From Gracilinanus agilis (taxonomy: Eukaryota), in contig NC_058130.1 of the NCBI RefSeq assembly GCF_016433145.1, forward strand, positions 422,999,208 through 423,063,207: a DNA stretch of 64,000 nt, read 5' to 3'. Positions 38,421 to 51,289 of the stretch are shown here, one piece after another. Under the pieces are notes generated by a model. It searched no databases and had not been told where the DNA came from. It saw only the letters and a list, made by a program, of their open reading frames with translations. Numbering within the stretch: the first letter of the stretch is position 1; the number at the start of each line of letters is the position of its first letter. A program made the position numbers and the translations under genes.

Positions 38421-40037
38421 GAATCTCATGTCTAAGAAGAGGTCCTTTCCAAATCCAGGAAGGGTCCAGAGTCACAGTAAGGACTAAACAAACTTATTCC
38501 CCCACTGAAAAATAAACAGAAATTCTAGAATTCTTCCCTAACAAGAGAATGGCCCTCGGGTATCTTCTTGTATGGGCTGGAGCTTCATTTATTTTTAGCG
38601 TTTGAAAAGCAATGCCATCTTTCTCTGAGGTTGAAAAGCTTTATGGATATACCCTGCTTTCTAAACAGACTCTTCCTGTCCTGACACTGGTGCTCCAGTG
38701 AACTATGCTGGATAAACTTGCTGGGAATCTCCCTTCTATCACCTTAGAACAGGGAAGGTGACTTAGTTCAATTGACTACTGGTTCCCCTGAGTACCTCTT
38801 CTGTGTACCACACATGCATGTCCCCACATGAGGTTGCTCCAACATAATTTTGTAATAACAGCATTAAGGCATTATGGCAAAGCCCCATTGCAAACTCAGA
38901 AACCTCCCTGTCATATCATTCAGCTAATAGCCCATTTATAGCATTGTGGGAGTGGATTTAGCTTGCCCCTACAGAATGCCATTTTGCCAAACATCATGTT
39001 TTTCATCCACCTAATTAACATAGCTTTTTGACAAAAGTCTCTACCAGATGCTATTTATTGTTTAGTCATAGTGTCCAACTTTATGAGCCCGTTTAGAGTT
39101 TTCTTGCAAAAAATGCTAGAATGCCATTTCCTTCTTCAGCTAGTTTTATAGATGAGGAAACTGAGGCAAAGTTAAGTGACTTGCCCAGGGTCACACAGCT
39201 AGAATCTGAGGTCAGGTTTTTGAACTCCAGAAGATGTGACTTCTTGACTCTTGGCAGCACTATCTATTGTACCACCTATCTACCCCTCTACCTGCTCTAG
39301 AAAGATACAAAAGAAATAAGCATTCTTGGGGGGTGGGGGGAGGAGGAATATAGTATCCATTTTTCAAGGGAGCATGTATGCTAATAATGGCTTATGTAAA
39401 TAAACTCTTTACTCATTCTATATCAACCAAGACAGACTATTAGACACGTAAATCTACAAATTATAATGTGTTAGAAGAATCATTAAGATCCCCTTTGCAA
39501 AACCAGTCAGCTCATCAAAAAGTACTATCATTGTCCACAAATCGCCCTTTCTGTATTGCTTTAAAATCATAAATGACAATGTGAATCAGGCAGAGAGTTT
39601 TTACCATAATCCCCTAGTTTGTTTTGCCTGACTTCCCCACCAAGTCCCAAGAACTGCCTTTTCCCAGTTTTTCCCATGTCCTATTGTTTAAGAAGAAAGC
39701 CAGAGTTCTTAGAACTGTGTATGCAGTGGTAAGTGGATGATTTCCAAAGCTCTCCTGCTAGATCTGGGATGCCTGGGGCATTTCTAAATGAAAGGTTAAA
39801 CTGAACTGTGGGGAACAAAGACTTTGCAAAGGGCTTAAAGTTCCACTCTCAAACGCATCTAATCCAAGAGTACCACCTAGAGGATTTCAGAGGACAGTGA
39901 TGATGGTCCTTCCTCCGGTCACAGAAAAAGCCTGCCCTGGTCCATTTCCAGTTCAGAAGCAGATATATTTCATATGAATATAAATGCTTTCACTTAAAAA
40001 AAAGTAAATAAAAATTGTGTTTCTTCTACTTTTCCAG

Positions 40038-40127
40038 GAGGAACAGTTTGGAATGTATGCACTCTACAGCAAAAATAAACCACAGTCGGACGCTTTGCTT
40101 AGCAGCCATGGAAATGCCTTCTTTAAA
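40038..40127 (+). CDS. PLEKHG4B: Coding exon J, DH domain, EEQFGMYALYSKNKPQSDALLSSHGNAFFK
   Basis: cttctacttttccag|GAG...AAA|gtaatt; 90 nt, phase 0-0. Confidence 0.96.
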
Positions 40128-40257
40128 GTAATTATATTTCCATCCCTCCATCCAGTGAAGCCTGCCCCCATTGTCAGTGAGTGATAGATGTTATGATCGC
40201 CCTGAGTCGCCAGCCATGGAACTAACCTCTGCCTTTATCCTTCTGACCCTCTCTTAG

Positions 40258-40482
40258 AACAAGCAGCAAGACCTGGGCGATAAGATGGACTTGGCCTCCT
40301 ACCTGCTCAAACCCATCCAGAGGATGAGTAAATATGCCCTGCTGCTAAAGGACATGATCAAAGAATGCACCAAGACGCAGGAGCAGGAGCTCAGTGACCT
40401 CCGAGCTGCCGAGGAGATGGTCAAATTCCAGCTTCGCCACGGGAACGACTTGCTGGCCATGGATGCCATCCGGGGGTGTGAT
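40258..40482 (+). CDS. PLEKHG4B: Coding exon K, DH domain CR3, NKQQDLGDKMDLASYLLKPIQRMSKYALLLKD...HGNDLLAMDAIRGCD
   Basis: ctgaccctctcttag|AAC...GAT|gtaagg; 225 nt, phase 0-0; LLKPIQRxxKYxLLL and the catalytic Asn (GNDLL) are intact. Confidence 0.97.
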
Positions 40483-41400
40483 GTAAGGAAGTGATCTCCC
40501 TCTCTGGGCTTCCTTTGCAAAACTGACCATACCATGTGGGAAGTCAGTGGGAAGTCTCTCTCTCCTGCCCTTGATAAAGGGAGTCACCAAAAGTGTGCCA
40601 TCTGCTTAAGTATTCGTCCCTTTCCAAGCCTTGCAGAGAGGTGGCAAAGGAAGGAAGGAAATTACATCCGCCTATCTCCAACCAGAGTCATCCGCTCCAA
40701 TTTGCTACTTTGGGCTTTGAAGGGAAAGAACAGGGAGAGCGCGAGAGACATTCTAGAACTGGATTCTTTTTGGGTGTCTTTTAGAGGGCTACGGAGGTCC
40801 TTCTAGCACTCAAATTCTGTGATTCTGGGAGTTGTTGGGAGCTGCTCTATAAAGGGGGAGCATAGAATTAAGCAATAGCTACATAGATCACAGAATTTCT
40901 GACCTAGAAGGAACCTTGAAAGAACTTTTAGCCTAATCCCTTTATTTTACCAGTAGTGTCAGGAAGCCCCGAGGTCAAATCTAGCCTTAGACATTTACTA
41001 GTTGTATGACCTTGAGCAAGCCACTTAATCTCTATCTGCCTCAGTCTCCTGAACTGTAAAATGAGAATAATAGTAATACTAACTAAATTAATATTTAATG
41101 AATTATATATTGCTAGATTATTATAATGTTATATATAATAATAAATGAAATGAACTTTTATTAATATTATTTTATTCATTTTTATAGTTTATTATGGCAT
41201 AATATTTATATTATTGATGTTAGATGTTTATTGTTATACATAATCAAATTTAAAGATAAAAATGAATAAAATTAATTGATTTAATTAATTGATTTAAGTA
41301 ATAACACCTACTTTGCAAGATTGTTGTGAGGATCAAAAAAGATTATTTGTAAAGTGCTTAGCACAGTGTCTGGTACATAGTAGGTACTATGAATGCTAGC

Positions 41401-41435
41401 TACTACTACTACTACTATTATTATTATTATTATTA
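41401..41435. repeat. (TAC)5(TAT)n trinucleotide repeat
   Basis: tactactactactactattattattattattatta. Confidence 0.9.
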
Positions 41436-41493
41436 GCCTACCCTTCTTATTCTGGCTCCAACCAACCATGCAATCAACATTTTCCCCTTTCTT

Positions 41494-41682
41494 TTTTTTT
41501 TTTTTTAAACCCTTGTTCTTCGGTGTATTGTCTCATAGGTGGAAGATTGGTAAGGGTGGGCAATGGGGGTCAAGTGACTTGCCCAGGGTCACATAGCTGG
41601 GAAGTGGCTGAGGCCGGGTTTGAACCTAGGACCTCCTGTCTCTAGGCCTGACTCTCACTCCACTGAGCTACCCAGCTGCCCC
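41494..41682 (-). mobile_element. SINE1_Mdo-type SINE
   Basis: TSD tcccctttctt at 41483 and 41683. Confidence 0.9.
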
Positions 41683-42846
41683 TCCCCCTTTCTTGTATCT
41701 TACATTCCAACTAAACTGGACTATTAACTGTGCCTAGACCATGTCATACTGTTTACCTGCCTCTGGGTATTTATGTAGAACATTCTCCACACCTGAAAAG
41801 CCCTGCATCCACAATTGACTGTTTAAATCAATTTTTTTTCATCAAAGCCTAACTCAGGGAAGGGAACCTCTTATAAAACTCTTCCTGATCCCTTCTCCCC
41901 AGCCCTTTCCTTCCTCAAATTTTTTTAATTTGTTTTTTTAATTTTATTTTTTTCTCCATTACTATAATCAAAAAGATTTAACATTCATTTTTCCAAAATT
42001 TTGCATTCCGTATTCTGTCTCTCTCTCTCCCCCTCCCACCACTCCCTTTTTCTTCTTTAGAAGGCAAGCAATTTGACATCTTCCTCAAATTTCTTATTGG
42101 AACTATTTTCATTTAATCTGTGTCATACATATTTATACACACGTCCTCTTCTCCCTATTGGATAGTATATTGCTGCTGCTGCTACTGCTACTACTAGTAG
42201 CTAACATTTATATTGCACCCAGTATGTGCCAGACACTGTAATAAACTCTTTACAAATATGACCTTATTTGATTCTTATAAGAAGACTGGGAGGTAGGTAC
42301 TGTTATCCCCTGCTTTACAGTTAGAGGATGCATTTGAGGGCAGGGATTATCATTTTTTTTAGATTTGTATCTTCAGCAACTAGCATCATTCTTGGTACAT
42401 AATCAATGCTTTAAAAATGCATTGTTGAGGAGACAGCTGGATGGTTCAGTGCTAGGCAGAAAACCAGGCTGGAGACAAGAGGTCCTAGATTCTAATCCTG
42501 ACTTCAGATACTTCCTAGTTTTGTGACCCTGGGCAAGTCACTTAGCCCCTATTGCCTTACCGCTCTTCTACCCTAGAATCAATGCATTGATTCCAAGGTG
42601 GAAAGTAAGGTTTGGTTTTGTTTTGTTTTTTTAAAAAGGATTGTTGAATTTTAAAAATATTATCGAGATGTATTTTCTATACATAAAACTAGAAACCTGT
42701 ACCTGTTCCAAAACTTTAAGAGTTTTATGTGGCTAAAGGGATGTTTCAAGGCAAAGAAGAACTCCAATGAAAAAATGCCCTCAACCTGCTTCAAATCGGA
42801 CAAGATCTTCATGATCTCTTTAAAATGCTTCTCTTTCTCTCTCTAG

Positions 42847-43017
42847 GTGAATTTAAAAGAACAAGGACAGCTGAGATGTCAGGATGAATTTATTGTTTGT
42901 TGTGGGAGGAAAAAATATCTGAGACATGTCTTCCTTTTTGAGGATCTTATCTTGTTTAGCAAGACCAAGAAGATTGATGGAGGATATGATATTTATATGT
43001 ACAAACAGTCATTCAAG
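42847..43017 (+). CDS. PLEKHG4B: Coding exon L, PH domain, [57 protein letters not shown]
   Basis: ctttctctctctag|GTG...AAG|gtaaaa; 171 nt, phase 0-0. Confidence 0.97.
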
Positions 43018-45449
43018 GTAAAAACAAACAAACCATTTGTTCTAAAGCATGGGCAAAATGCACTGATTTTTGCACAGAATATACAGTTTTTCGAATGTGT
43101 TGTAATTATTTCTAGATTAAAGGGAGCTCACAGCTTTCGTGTTGTTCTAACTTCATAAATTACATGAAATATAAACAAGGAAAGGGGAAAAAAAAGCACA
43201 AAAAATCAACTTCATGGAATGAAATGGAGAGCAACTTGATGGTATTTTTACACCTCACTGTGACATTCCATCATCCTCATTGCCTGATTTTTCCGAAAAG
43301 TTTAGACCACTGTGAACTCAGCTTTATTCCCCAAAGGTGTTAGTCATCCCTGGACCACTTGTATTTATTTATATGGGGCTCTGAGATGTCTTGCTGAATG
43401 GGACTCACTGGAAGCCAGATGTTTCCTGAGAAAATAATTCTATTTTGCATTTCTATTATGGTGACACAGGCTCATTGGGCAGTCAACAGCTGTCTGAATC
43501 ACGCCCCTCGGCACACTTGGCAGCACAGAAGCTCCCACTAGTTGCGCCAAACTAACTGCAAATCTCCAGTCCTATAAATGGGAACTTCTGACCACCTGCC
43601 TTCAATTAAGAACACACGCTAGGACACTAGATAGAGAACTAGTCTTAGAATCAGGAAAACTCAGTTTATTCTAACACATACTAGTTGCATGAATCTTCCC
43701 AAGTCACTTAACTTCTTAGGACTCTAGACAATTCTCTAAGACTATAAGTGGCAGAGAAAGTATGGACTGCTGTCTATATATTTTTTTAGTTAAAACATGA
43801 CATATTCACATATGCAGCAACTCTTCTCCAAGTTGGGATGTATTTATAGCAATTTAGGGCTTCAGAGAGTGCCAAGGCAAAGCCTCTTCTTTGAGTTTGC
43901 AAGAAATGTTGGATTTCAGGGTTTTTCCATCAGAGGACAGGGTAGTCTGAGATTAGCACTGTAATGGGAGCCAGCACTCCTGGGATCAGAATATCTCTAA
44001 GTGTTCATGACCCTGGGAAAGTGTTTCTCAGAAGCTTAATTAATTCAAAACAGTACTAACTCTCTAGGAATTTATTGTTGTTCAGTCATTTCAGTCACGT
44101 TATACTCTTCGTGACCTCATTTGGGGTTTTCTTGGCAAAGATACTGGAGTGGTTTGCTATTTCCTTCTCTAGCTCATTTTGCAGCCAAGGAAATTGAGGC
44201 AAACAGGGTTAAGTGACTTTCCCAGAATCACACAGTTAATATGTGTCTATTATTAGACACATATTAACTGACTCCACGTCACTGCACCACCTAGGAATTT
44301 CCCATCTAGTAAATACTAATGTAGTCGGAGTCCTGACTGATCTGAAATGGAAAGAAGGAGGAGGAAGACCAATCAATTGATAAGTATTTATTAAGTGCCA
44401 ACTATATGCCAAGCACTGGAATGGGGTAATTTCATCCCAATATCATGGTCACCTCAATCTAGGTTTCAGCTACCTCACCCTCTGTTCCTGTCTCTGCCAT
44501 TAACTGACTTTTGGTAAGACATGTCAATCCATCAAAAAGGATTTATTAAGTGTTTATTATATGCCAGGCACTGTGCCAAATGCTGAGGATACAAAGAAGA
44601 GCAAAAAATTGTATGTATGAAAAATGCAAAAATTGTACATTCAAAATATAAACGATAAAAATAGAAAATAATCTCATAGGGAAGGCACTAGCAGCAGAGT
44701 GCTAGAGTAAGGGTGGAGTGGAGCCTAGGAAAGACTTCTTGCAGAAGTGAGATTTGAGCTTGTTTTCAAACAAGTCAAAAGGCAGAGATGAAGAAGGAGA
44801 GTATTCCAGGCACCAAGAGATGCCACTGAAAACTCGTGGAGTTAGGAGATAGAGTATCTTGTGTGAGGAATAAGGGAGGAGACAAGTGCCACTTAGAGCA
44901 AGTGTCTTCTGTATATGTAAGGGAGTAAGGTGTGAAAAAAACTAGAAAAGTAGCACTAAGTTAGGTTGCAAAGGATTTTAAATGCCACCCAAGATTTTAC
45001 ATTTGCTCCTGAAGAAATAGGGAACCACTGGGGATAAGTGTGTGGTGTGGGTGTGAGTATGAGTGTGTCCTAAAGCTCAGAACTAAACTTTAGGAAAATC
45101 TCTTCATTATAATAGTTATCATATTTTTAAAAAGGGGCAAAGGTGTTCAGAATAATCTCTGCCCCCATCCAGCATGGATTAATGAATATGAATGAGGTTG
45201 ACTAGGGAGATGAAATTTATATTTATAAGTCATTTAAGAAAAATAACATTTCATATATATGTGAAGTGGCTGCAGCTCTCAGAAGCTACCATAGAAAATC
45301 AAGATTTACTTTGTAAAGCAAATTAATTCCCATGTTGACTTATTTGGGCCACCAGACTCTTAGCAGTGAAAACAATTTTACATTGATGTAGAAAATGCTC
45401 AGATGAAATTGAACATGCTGATTTTTCTGGCTCCTGGATATGATTTCAG

Positions 45450-45630
45450 ACTGCTGAAATTGGAATGACAGAAAATGTTGGAGACAGTGGTCTGAGGTTT
45501 GAGATCTGGTTCCGAAGGAGGCGGAAATCCCAAGACACATACATCCTTCAAGCAAGTTCTGCAGAAGTGAAAATTGCTTGGACAAATATCATAGGGAAAA
45601 TCCTATGGAGACAAGCTCTGAGGAACAGAG
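45450..45630 (+). CDS. PLEKHG4B: Coding exon M, PH domain, [60 protein letters not shown](E)
   Basis: gatatgatttcag|ACT...G|gtatat; 181 nt, phase 0-1. Confidence 0.96.
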
Positions 45631-45827
45631 GTATATAATATGAGGAAGTTATAAGCCAATAGCAGTGGCTCGTGATGGAGAATATCATTTTACATGAGAG
45701 TTTAATTTGATTGAGATGCAAGACAGGTCATATTCCATCTTGAGCATAAAGAATTCAGCCATGTAAATCAGGATAGCTATTCTGTAGAGCTATAAAGAGT
45801 GTCTTATGGGGGCAGCTAGATGCCTCC

Positions 45828-46015
45828 TTGTAAAGATAGGAGCTAGGTCTAGAGGTGGAAGGTCCTAGGTTCAAAGCTGGCCTCAGACACTTCCCAGCTG
45901 TGCAACCCTGGGCAAGTCACTTAACCCCCATTGCCCACCCTTACCATTCTTCTGCCTAAGAACCAATGCATTGTATTGATTCCAAGACAGAAGATAAGGG
46001 TTTTAAAAATAAAAT
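45828..46015 (+). mobile_element. SINE1_Mdo-type SINE
   Basis: ggggcagctagatg...cctaggttcaaa...cccttaccattcttctgcc. Confidence 0.85.
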
Positions 46016-46792
46016 AAAATAAAAATTTAATTTAAAAGAAAAGGAACAACTTATCTAAAAGCTACAAATACTTTACCCCATAAGGGATAGATTTTTATAA
46101 GTGGTAGAACCAAACTAGCCTCTCCAAAGCTGCCCACTATTCTTACCTGTTCAAATGGCCTTTTCTCAGAATTCGTTTCCACTTGATTTTCAGGATCTAT
46201 CAGGCCAGAAGCTGCAGCTTCCTCTACTCTTAGGCTCTTCATTTCAGCCAGGTGGCCCCATTTTTATGCTCCCCAGATCCCAAACAGCTGCAATGGAATT
46301 CATTCCTACAGCTGCAAAAATGGAATCAAAGACAGAGAACTACCTGAGTTATCAATATCCTGCTTGTTGCATCAGTGCTACTTTCTTGTTTCTTTTCTCT
46401 TATTCCTTTGGTTACTCCTGATGTCCTAGGTCATGGCAATAGAGTTTTTTGACAGCACTCCTTATTCAACCATGTATGTTTGTCCTCCTATTTCCTGTCT
46501 GTTTAGTCTTTCTATTAGCAGAGGCCCCCAAACAGTAGATAATCCCTCATAAATTGTCAGTTAAGCACACTTAAAGAATGTGTTGGATTTGGAATTAAAG
46601 GGATGTGGTATTGAATCTTGGCCCTGCTTTTTGCAGTCTGTGCATCATCAGGCAAGTCCCATCACCTTTCCAAGCACAATGTCTTTTGTGAAAAGAAGAA
46701 ATGGGCAAGATGACTCCTAACATTCCTTCTAGTTAAAAATCTACAATCCTTTGGAGTTTCTTTCTCAAGTGTTGCACATTTTTCTATTTTAG

Positions 46793-46909
46793 AACTCAGG
46801 ATGCAAGAAATGGTGTCTATGGGAATAGGCAACAAACCATTCATGGATATCAAACCCAGTGATGCAGCTATAAGTGACCGGGCAATAGATTATATCATGA
46901 AGGGAACAG
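46793..46909 (+). CDS. PLEKHG4B: Coding exon N, LRMQEMVSMGIGNKPFMDIKPSDAAISDRAIDYIMKGT(E)
   Basis: catttttctattttag|AA...G|gtacca; 117 nt, phase 1-1; EMxSMGIGNxPFMD family motif. Confidence 0.95.
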
Positions 46910-47529
46910 GTACCACTTATTCTTCATTCTCTCTTCTATTGGAGGAACTTGACTTTCAAACTCCAGACCTGAGAGTATCTACCTTTGTGACTTAGGATCA
47001 AGGATTCTATCTATAATAATCATCACCTCATCTTAAGTAAGATCTCATTCCAATGAATGATCCCCTCACTGAAAATATAGGAGATTCAAAATAATGCATT
47101 TTCTAATATGTGGTAGTTGTATTTCTAGGCTAATATAAATAGAAAGCTTACATCCCATTTGAGCTCTTATTTATTCAGGAGGCCATAGGGAGCTATTAAA
47201 AATTTGCTGAAAGATTTTGACAGGATGTAAAGGGAAAATTTCCTAATTATTATGGCTATTTCAATGTGAAAAGTGGACTGCCTTGGCTGAGAACAGGCTT
47301 CCTTTCACTTAAAGGGTTCACGTCTAAGTTAATAATCACTTGTTGGGTATGTCATAGAGGAGTTTCGAATTAGAAACTGAATTAAATGAATTAATTTGCA
47401 AGTTGGACTTCAGTCTCTGAGGTCTCTTCCAGCTCTGAGATTCTGGGTTTTGAGCAAGAGTATGAGTATTTGAGTAAAGCATATACTCAAACATATGAGC
47501 AGAGCTGTGCATTGTGAAATTAATCTGGG

Positions 47530-47784
47530 GCCGGGCATTTTGATGCATGACCTTAATCACTGCTGCCAGGGAGCTCAGGTTTTCTGAGCTGATCTGTAGT
47601 CAATCAGGTCAATCCACACTAAGACCAGAACTAGAGGAAAGCCACCATCAGGGCACCAAAGGAGGGGTGACCTGGCCCAGGTTGGAAATAGCAGATCAAA
47701 GCTTCTTTGCCAATCAATAATGGGATTAGACCTGTGAGTAGTCCCGGTACTTCTATCCTAGGGCAAGATTAGAAGACCCAGTCT
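47530..47784 (+). pseudogene. 7SL (SRP) RNA retrocopy, diverged with internal deletions
   Basis: Begins GCCGGGC; contains CACACTAAG and AAGGAGGGGTGACCTGGCCCAGGTTGGAAATAGCAGATCAAA (7SL S-domain, GGAAA loop); ends GGGCAAGATTAGAAGACCCAGTCT followed by an A/purine tail. Confidence 0.85.
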
Positions 47785-47875
47785 GAAAAAGGGAAGGGAA
47801 GGGGATGAAAGGGAACAAAAGGGAAGGGAAGGGAAAGGAAGGGGAGGGAAAGTAGAGGAAAGGGAAGAGATAAGA
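47785..47875. repeat. (GGGAA)n-like polypurine tract from the 7SL copy tail
   Basis: gaaaaagggaagggaaggggatgaaagggaacaaaagggaagggaagggaaaggaagggg... Confidence 0.85.
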
Positions 47876-47951
47876 TAACTCTGTCAGTAGCTTGGATGAT
47901 AACAAGGAAAAGAGGCAAGTCTGACCTTTTTTTTAATTCTTTTATTTCTAG

Positions 47952-48221
47952 AGTCAAGATCTAGGGCATCTATAGCTGTGTCTTCATTTGACCACTCAAC
48001 ACCCTTTAAAAGGCCCCACTCTACCATCTCCAACAGCAGTACTTCTTCCTCAAGCAGCCAGTCTTCATCTTCAATTTTGGGGTCACTAAACCTGCATGTT
48101 TATTCTAGTCCATCTTATTCAGGACTGCTAAGCCCTCCCTTCTATCACTGGACTTATGACATTAAAACCTGTATTGAGGAAGATGAGCTAGAACAGGAAA
48201 CTGGAAGCCAACCATCGATGA
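47952..48221 (+). CDS. PLEKHG4B: Coding exon O, SRSRASIAVSSFDHSTPFKRPHSTISNSS...EEDELEQETGSQPSM(I)
   Basis: ctttatttctag|AG...A|gtgagt; 270 nt, phase 1-1; PFKRPHSTIS and ILGSLNL match the human paralogues. Confidence 0.93.
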
Positions 48222-48508
48222 GTGAGTGGATTTATACATGGTATTAAAGCAGGTTGAAATGAGGAGGGGAGGGCAGTTTTCTGATAAGGCCAGTTCAAGT
48301 GCTTGCATTCACTGAGAGGGAGATGATCTCAACTGGCTAGATCAGTGAGTTTTTATATGTTTTAAGGTATTTCTGATTATTGCAAGTGCTGCTATGAAAT
48401 TCTCAAAGCAAATTTTAAACTTTAATTTTAAAATATAAATATATACCACAGAGCATTTATAAGAAGCAAAGAGTCATGTTGAAAAGCCAATGAAAAGATA
48501 GCACAGAG

Positions 48509-48715
48509 GGCAGGTAGGTGGCTCAGTGGAGTTAAAGCCAGGCCTAGAGACAAGAGGTCCTAGGTTCAAATCTAGCGTCTGACACTTTCTAGCTATGTGA
48601 CCTTGGGCAAGTCACTTAACCCCTTTGTCTAGCCCTCACCACTCTTCTACCTAAGAACCAATACATAGTATTGATTCTAAGACTGAAGGTGAGAGTTAAA
48701 AAAAAAAAGAAAGAA
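48509..48715 (+). mobile_element. SINE1_Mdo-type SINE
   Basis: gggcaggtaggtggctcagtgg...A-tail. Confidence 0.85.
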
Positions 48716-49045
48716 AGAAAAGATAGCAAAACTCTTCTAATAAGTGATTTTTAAAGTATTTGACAAACACAAAGATCCAAAGAAAACTAAAAAGTTGGCA
48801 GTCATTACAATATCTCCTAGAAAAAATTAGCTGTTCTTACAGTATCTCCTAGTCACCAGTAGGGACTATGTGAATTGATGATGATGAAAAGGAAAATTAA
48901 TTTGCAGGGAATGTTATAATTAAGACTTTCCAATATCAAAAGAAATTAGACTTGAAATATGAGAGGCTGGGGCACTTATGTTCTGTAAATTAATAAACTG
49001 ATTAATGTTTGATTAAACTGCATTATTATTCCTCCCGGTCTGTAG

Positions 49046-49263
49046 TCACTGAGAGTTCTGAGTCATCACAGTGCACCTCTGGTGAGAGCATCAGCGGCTT
49101 TAGCAGCTCAGCCCACCCCGGGCTGTCCCAGCTTCTTCCCGACACATTTTCAGATGAAAGTGCTTCTAATCCTGGCTCCAAGCCTCCCTCCCAGTGTACA
49201 TCTCCAGCTCTCCCTGGGAAGAATTCCAGGTTGAAGCATGATAGTAATCAGTATATTACAACA
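49046..49263 (+). CDS. PLEKHG4B: Coding exon P, TESSESSQCTSGESISG...KHDSNQYITT
   Basis: ttcctcccggtctgtag|TC...ACA|gtaagt; 218 nt, phase 1-0; QPSM-ITESSESSQCTS resembles recalled PLEKHG4 QPSL-TAEDSEISSQCPS. Confidence 0.8.
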
Positions 49264-49980
49264 GTAAGTATTTGTTTTTAAATAAATTCATATTTTAAAT
49301 TCAATTCAGTTCAATTCAGCAACCTTTTAATAAAGACATACATACAATGCGTGAGCCACTGTGATCTGTGCTGGGAATTCAAAGATAAAAATGAAAAAAC
49401 TAGCCCTCCATGATTCCTTCCCCCAAGAGGCTTTTATTCTAAAAGGTGTAAATTCAAAATAATTTGGAAAGAGGGAGGAAGAGAGAGGAATTAGAATAAA
49501 AGAAACTGAGCCTGGGGCAACTGAGAATGAAACTGAGTTTTGATAGACCCTAGAAATGCTAAACAAATAAAAAATAAAAAATAAAAAGTAGAGATGAGGA
49601 GGGATTGCTGTACAGGCAAAGGAGATAACCTGAGCTAAGGCAAAGAGGCATTTAGGGAAATAAAAGGTTGATAGAATATTGAATTCTTGAAAGGGAGTTC
49701 AGAATCAGCCCAATTAATCCATGTAGCCTCCTTCAATTGCAGAGCTCTTCATGAGCTTATACTCTATCAGTGTAATATACTTCTAGCATTGAAACTGAGT
49801 GAGGCAGAATTAATTCTCTTTTAAATATCAGTGTTGTCATGTTAGCAAAGCAGATCCCATCCCTAACAATATCCACATGGAGTGCCATAGAGTTAGATAG
49901 GGAATGTAAGCTTTATAGAATAGTTTTAATTCTCCTAAGCCAACTCTAAATGTCTTCTATTATAAAACCTTTCATTGAAC

Positions 49981-50014
49981 ATTCATTCATTCATTCATTC
50001 ATTCATTCATTCAT
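49981..50014. repeat. (ATTC)n, the tail of an antisense L2 3' end
   Basis: attcattcattc... followed by atttaattaacaatgattaaatacttactatgtcc (L2 terminus). Confidence 0.85.
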
Positions 50015-51289
50015 TTAATTAACAATGATTAAATACTTACTATGTCCAAAATGTTAAACAAAGATAAACAAGGATATAAACCCCCTACTTTCATTGAGTT
50101 CACAATCTAATAGACATTGTAATCTCACTAGTCTCTGGACAGTTTTAGAAGATAAATGCCCATTCCACTTTTGGACATTTCTACTAAAGAGGAAATTGGC
50201 TAGTGGAATAGTATAGTTCATTGAGCCTCCACTGTATAAAAATCTTTCTGCTTCTGTTATAAGGTGTGTACCAGCAGGAGAGCAATTGGCAATAATGGCG
50301 GTCATGGCATGACTTTGGTCAGCTCTCCTCTTGTCAGTCAGCAGTAATTGAAGTGCTCATCTACTTAGCATAACATTTGTCTTTGTGGGAACCTTGTTGC
50401 TTGAGAGTCCAAAGTCACACCTTTTGATCCTGACAAGAGAGATTTAGACAAAGCACAAGTCCAAACGGGTCTTAAAACCAATATTAAAATTTGGATCTCT
50501 GCCTTAAAGGGGATGACAGTAAATGGTTTGGGTGAGGCAGCTTGTAAAACAGACCCATTAGAGGATCTCATGGAATCCCATAGTATTGGGTATCTTTATT
50601 TTTGAATTGTCCCTCCCAATTCAGAAAATCTAGGTAGATAAGAACACTGGGCCATTATCTCATTGAGTGCAGATTCCCTTCAAAAACTGAATTTCATTAA
50701 GATACTCCTAGGTCTATGAATGACCTTCTAGCCATCCCAAAGAAAGTCCTAGTCACTAGTATTAGATCAGAGAATTCATCTGAAATGTTGCTTCTAGGCA
50801 CATGTGTACAAATATACATTCAGAGCAAACATAATTTCAACTCAATTCAAGCATTTTTGAGCACTTAATATGTATTATATACAATGTGCTGTTCTAAGCC
50901 CTGAGAATGCACAAACTAAAATAAAACATTTTTTCGTTTTAAAGAAGTTAACCAGAGGGAAGCATTTACACAGCTAAGTTCATGGGAAACATATACAAAA
51001 GAATTTCAGAAGAAATTTCTCGAAGGGCCTTCCAGTTGATAGGCTGAGTTATTGTTGTCTATTCACAACTTATCAGTTAAGCACTAAGGGGAATCGGTGA
51101 GGAATAATCTTAAACTCATGATGTAAAAACTTGTTCTGATTTTACATTCAAAATTCCAGAATTTTGTCAGACCTCTCTAATGCTAATTTTAAAATCTTTT
51201 TATTCCATTCTGAGAGAGGGAAAAGTATCTTAAACAGTTCTGTCAAATGGGAGATCAAGAGATATGAACTGGTATTGTTGATCCTTTTT

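Noticed and set aside
43487-43580. CACGCCC, E-box and TATAAAT as a possible internal promoter in intron L-M
   Set aside because: Short motifs only, no CpG island, and no in-frame first exon identified.
49264-49281. Read-through C-terminus ...YITTVSICF*
   Set aside because: It starts at a consensus GTAAGT donor and is followed by AT-rich intronic and L2 sequence; more likely intron.
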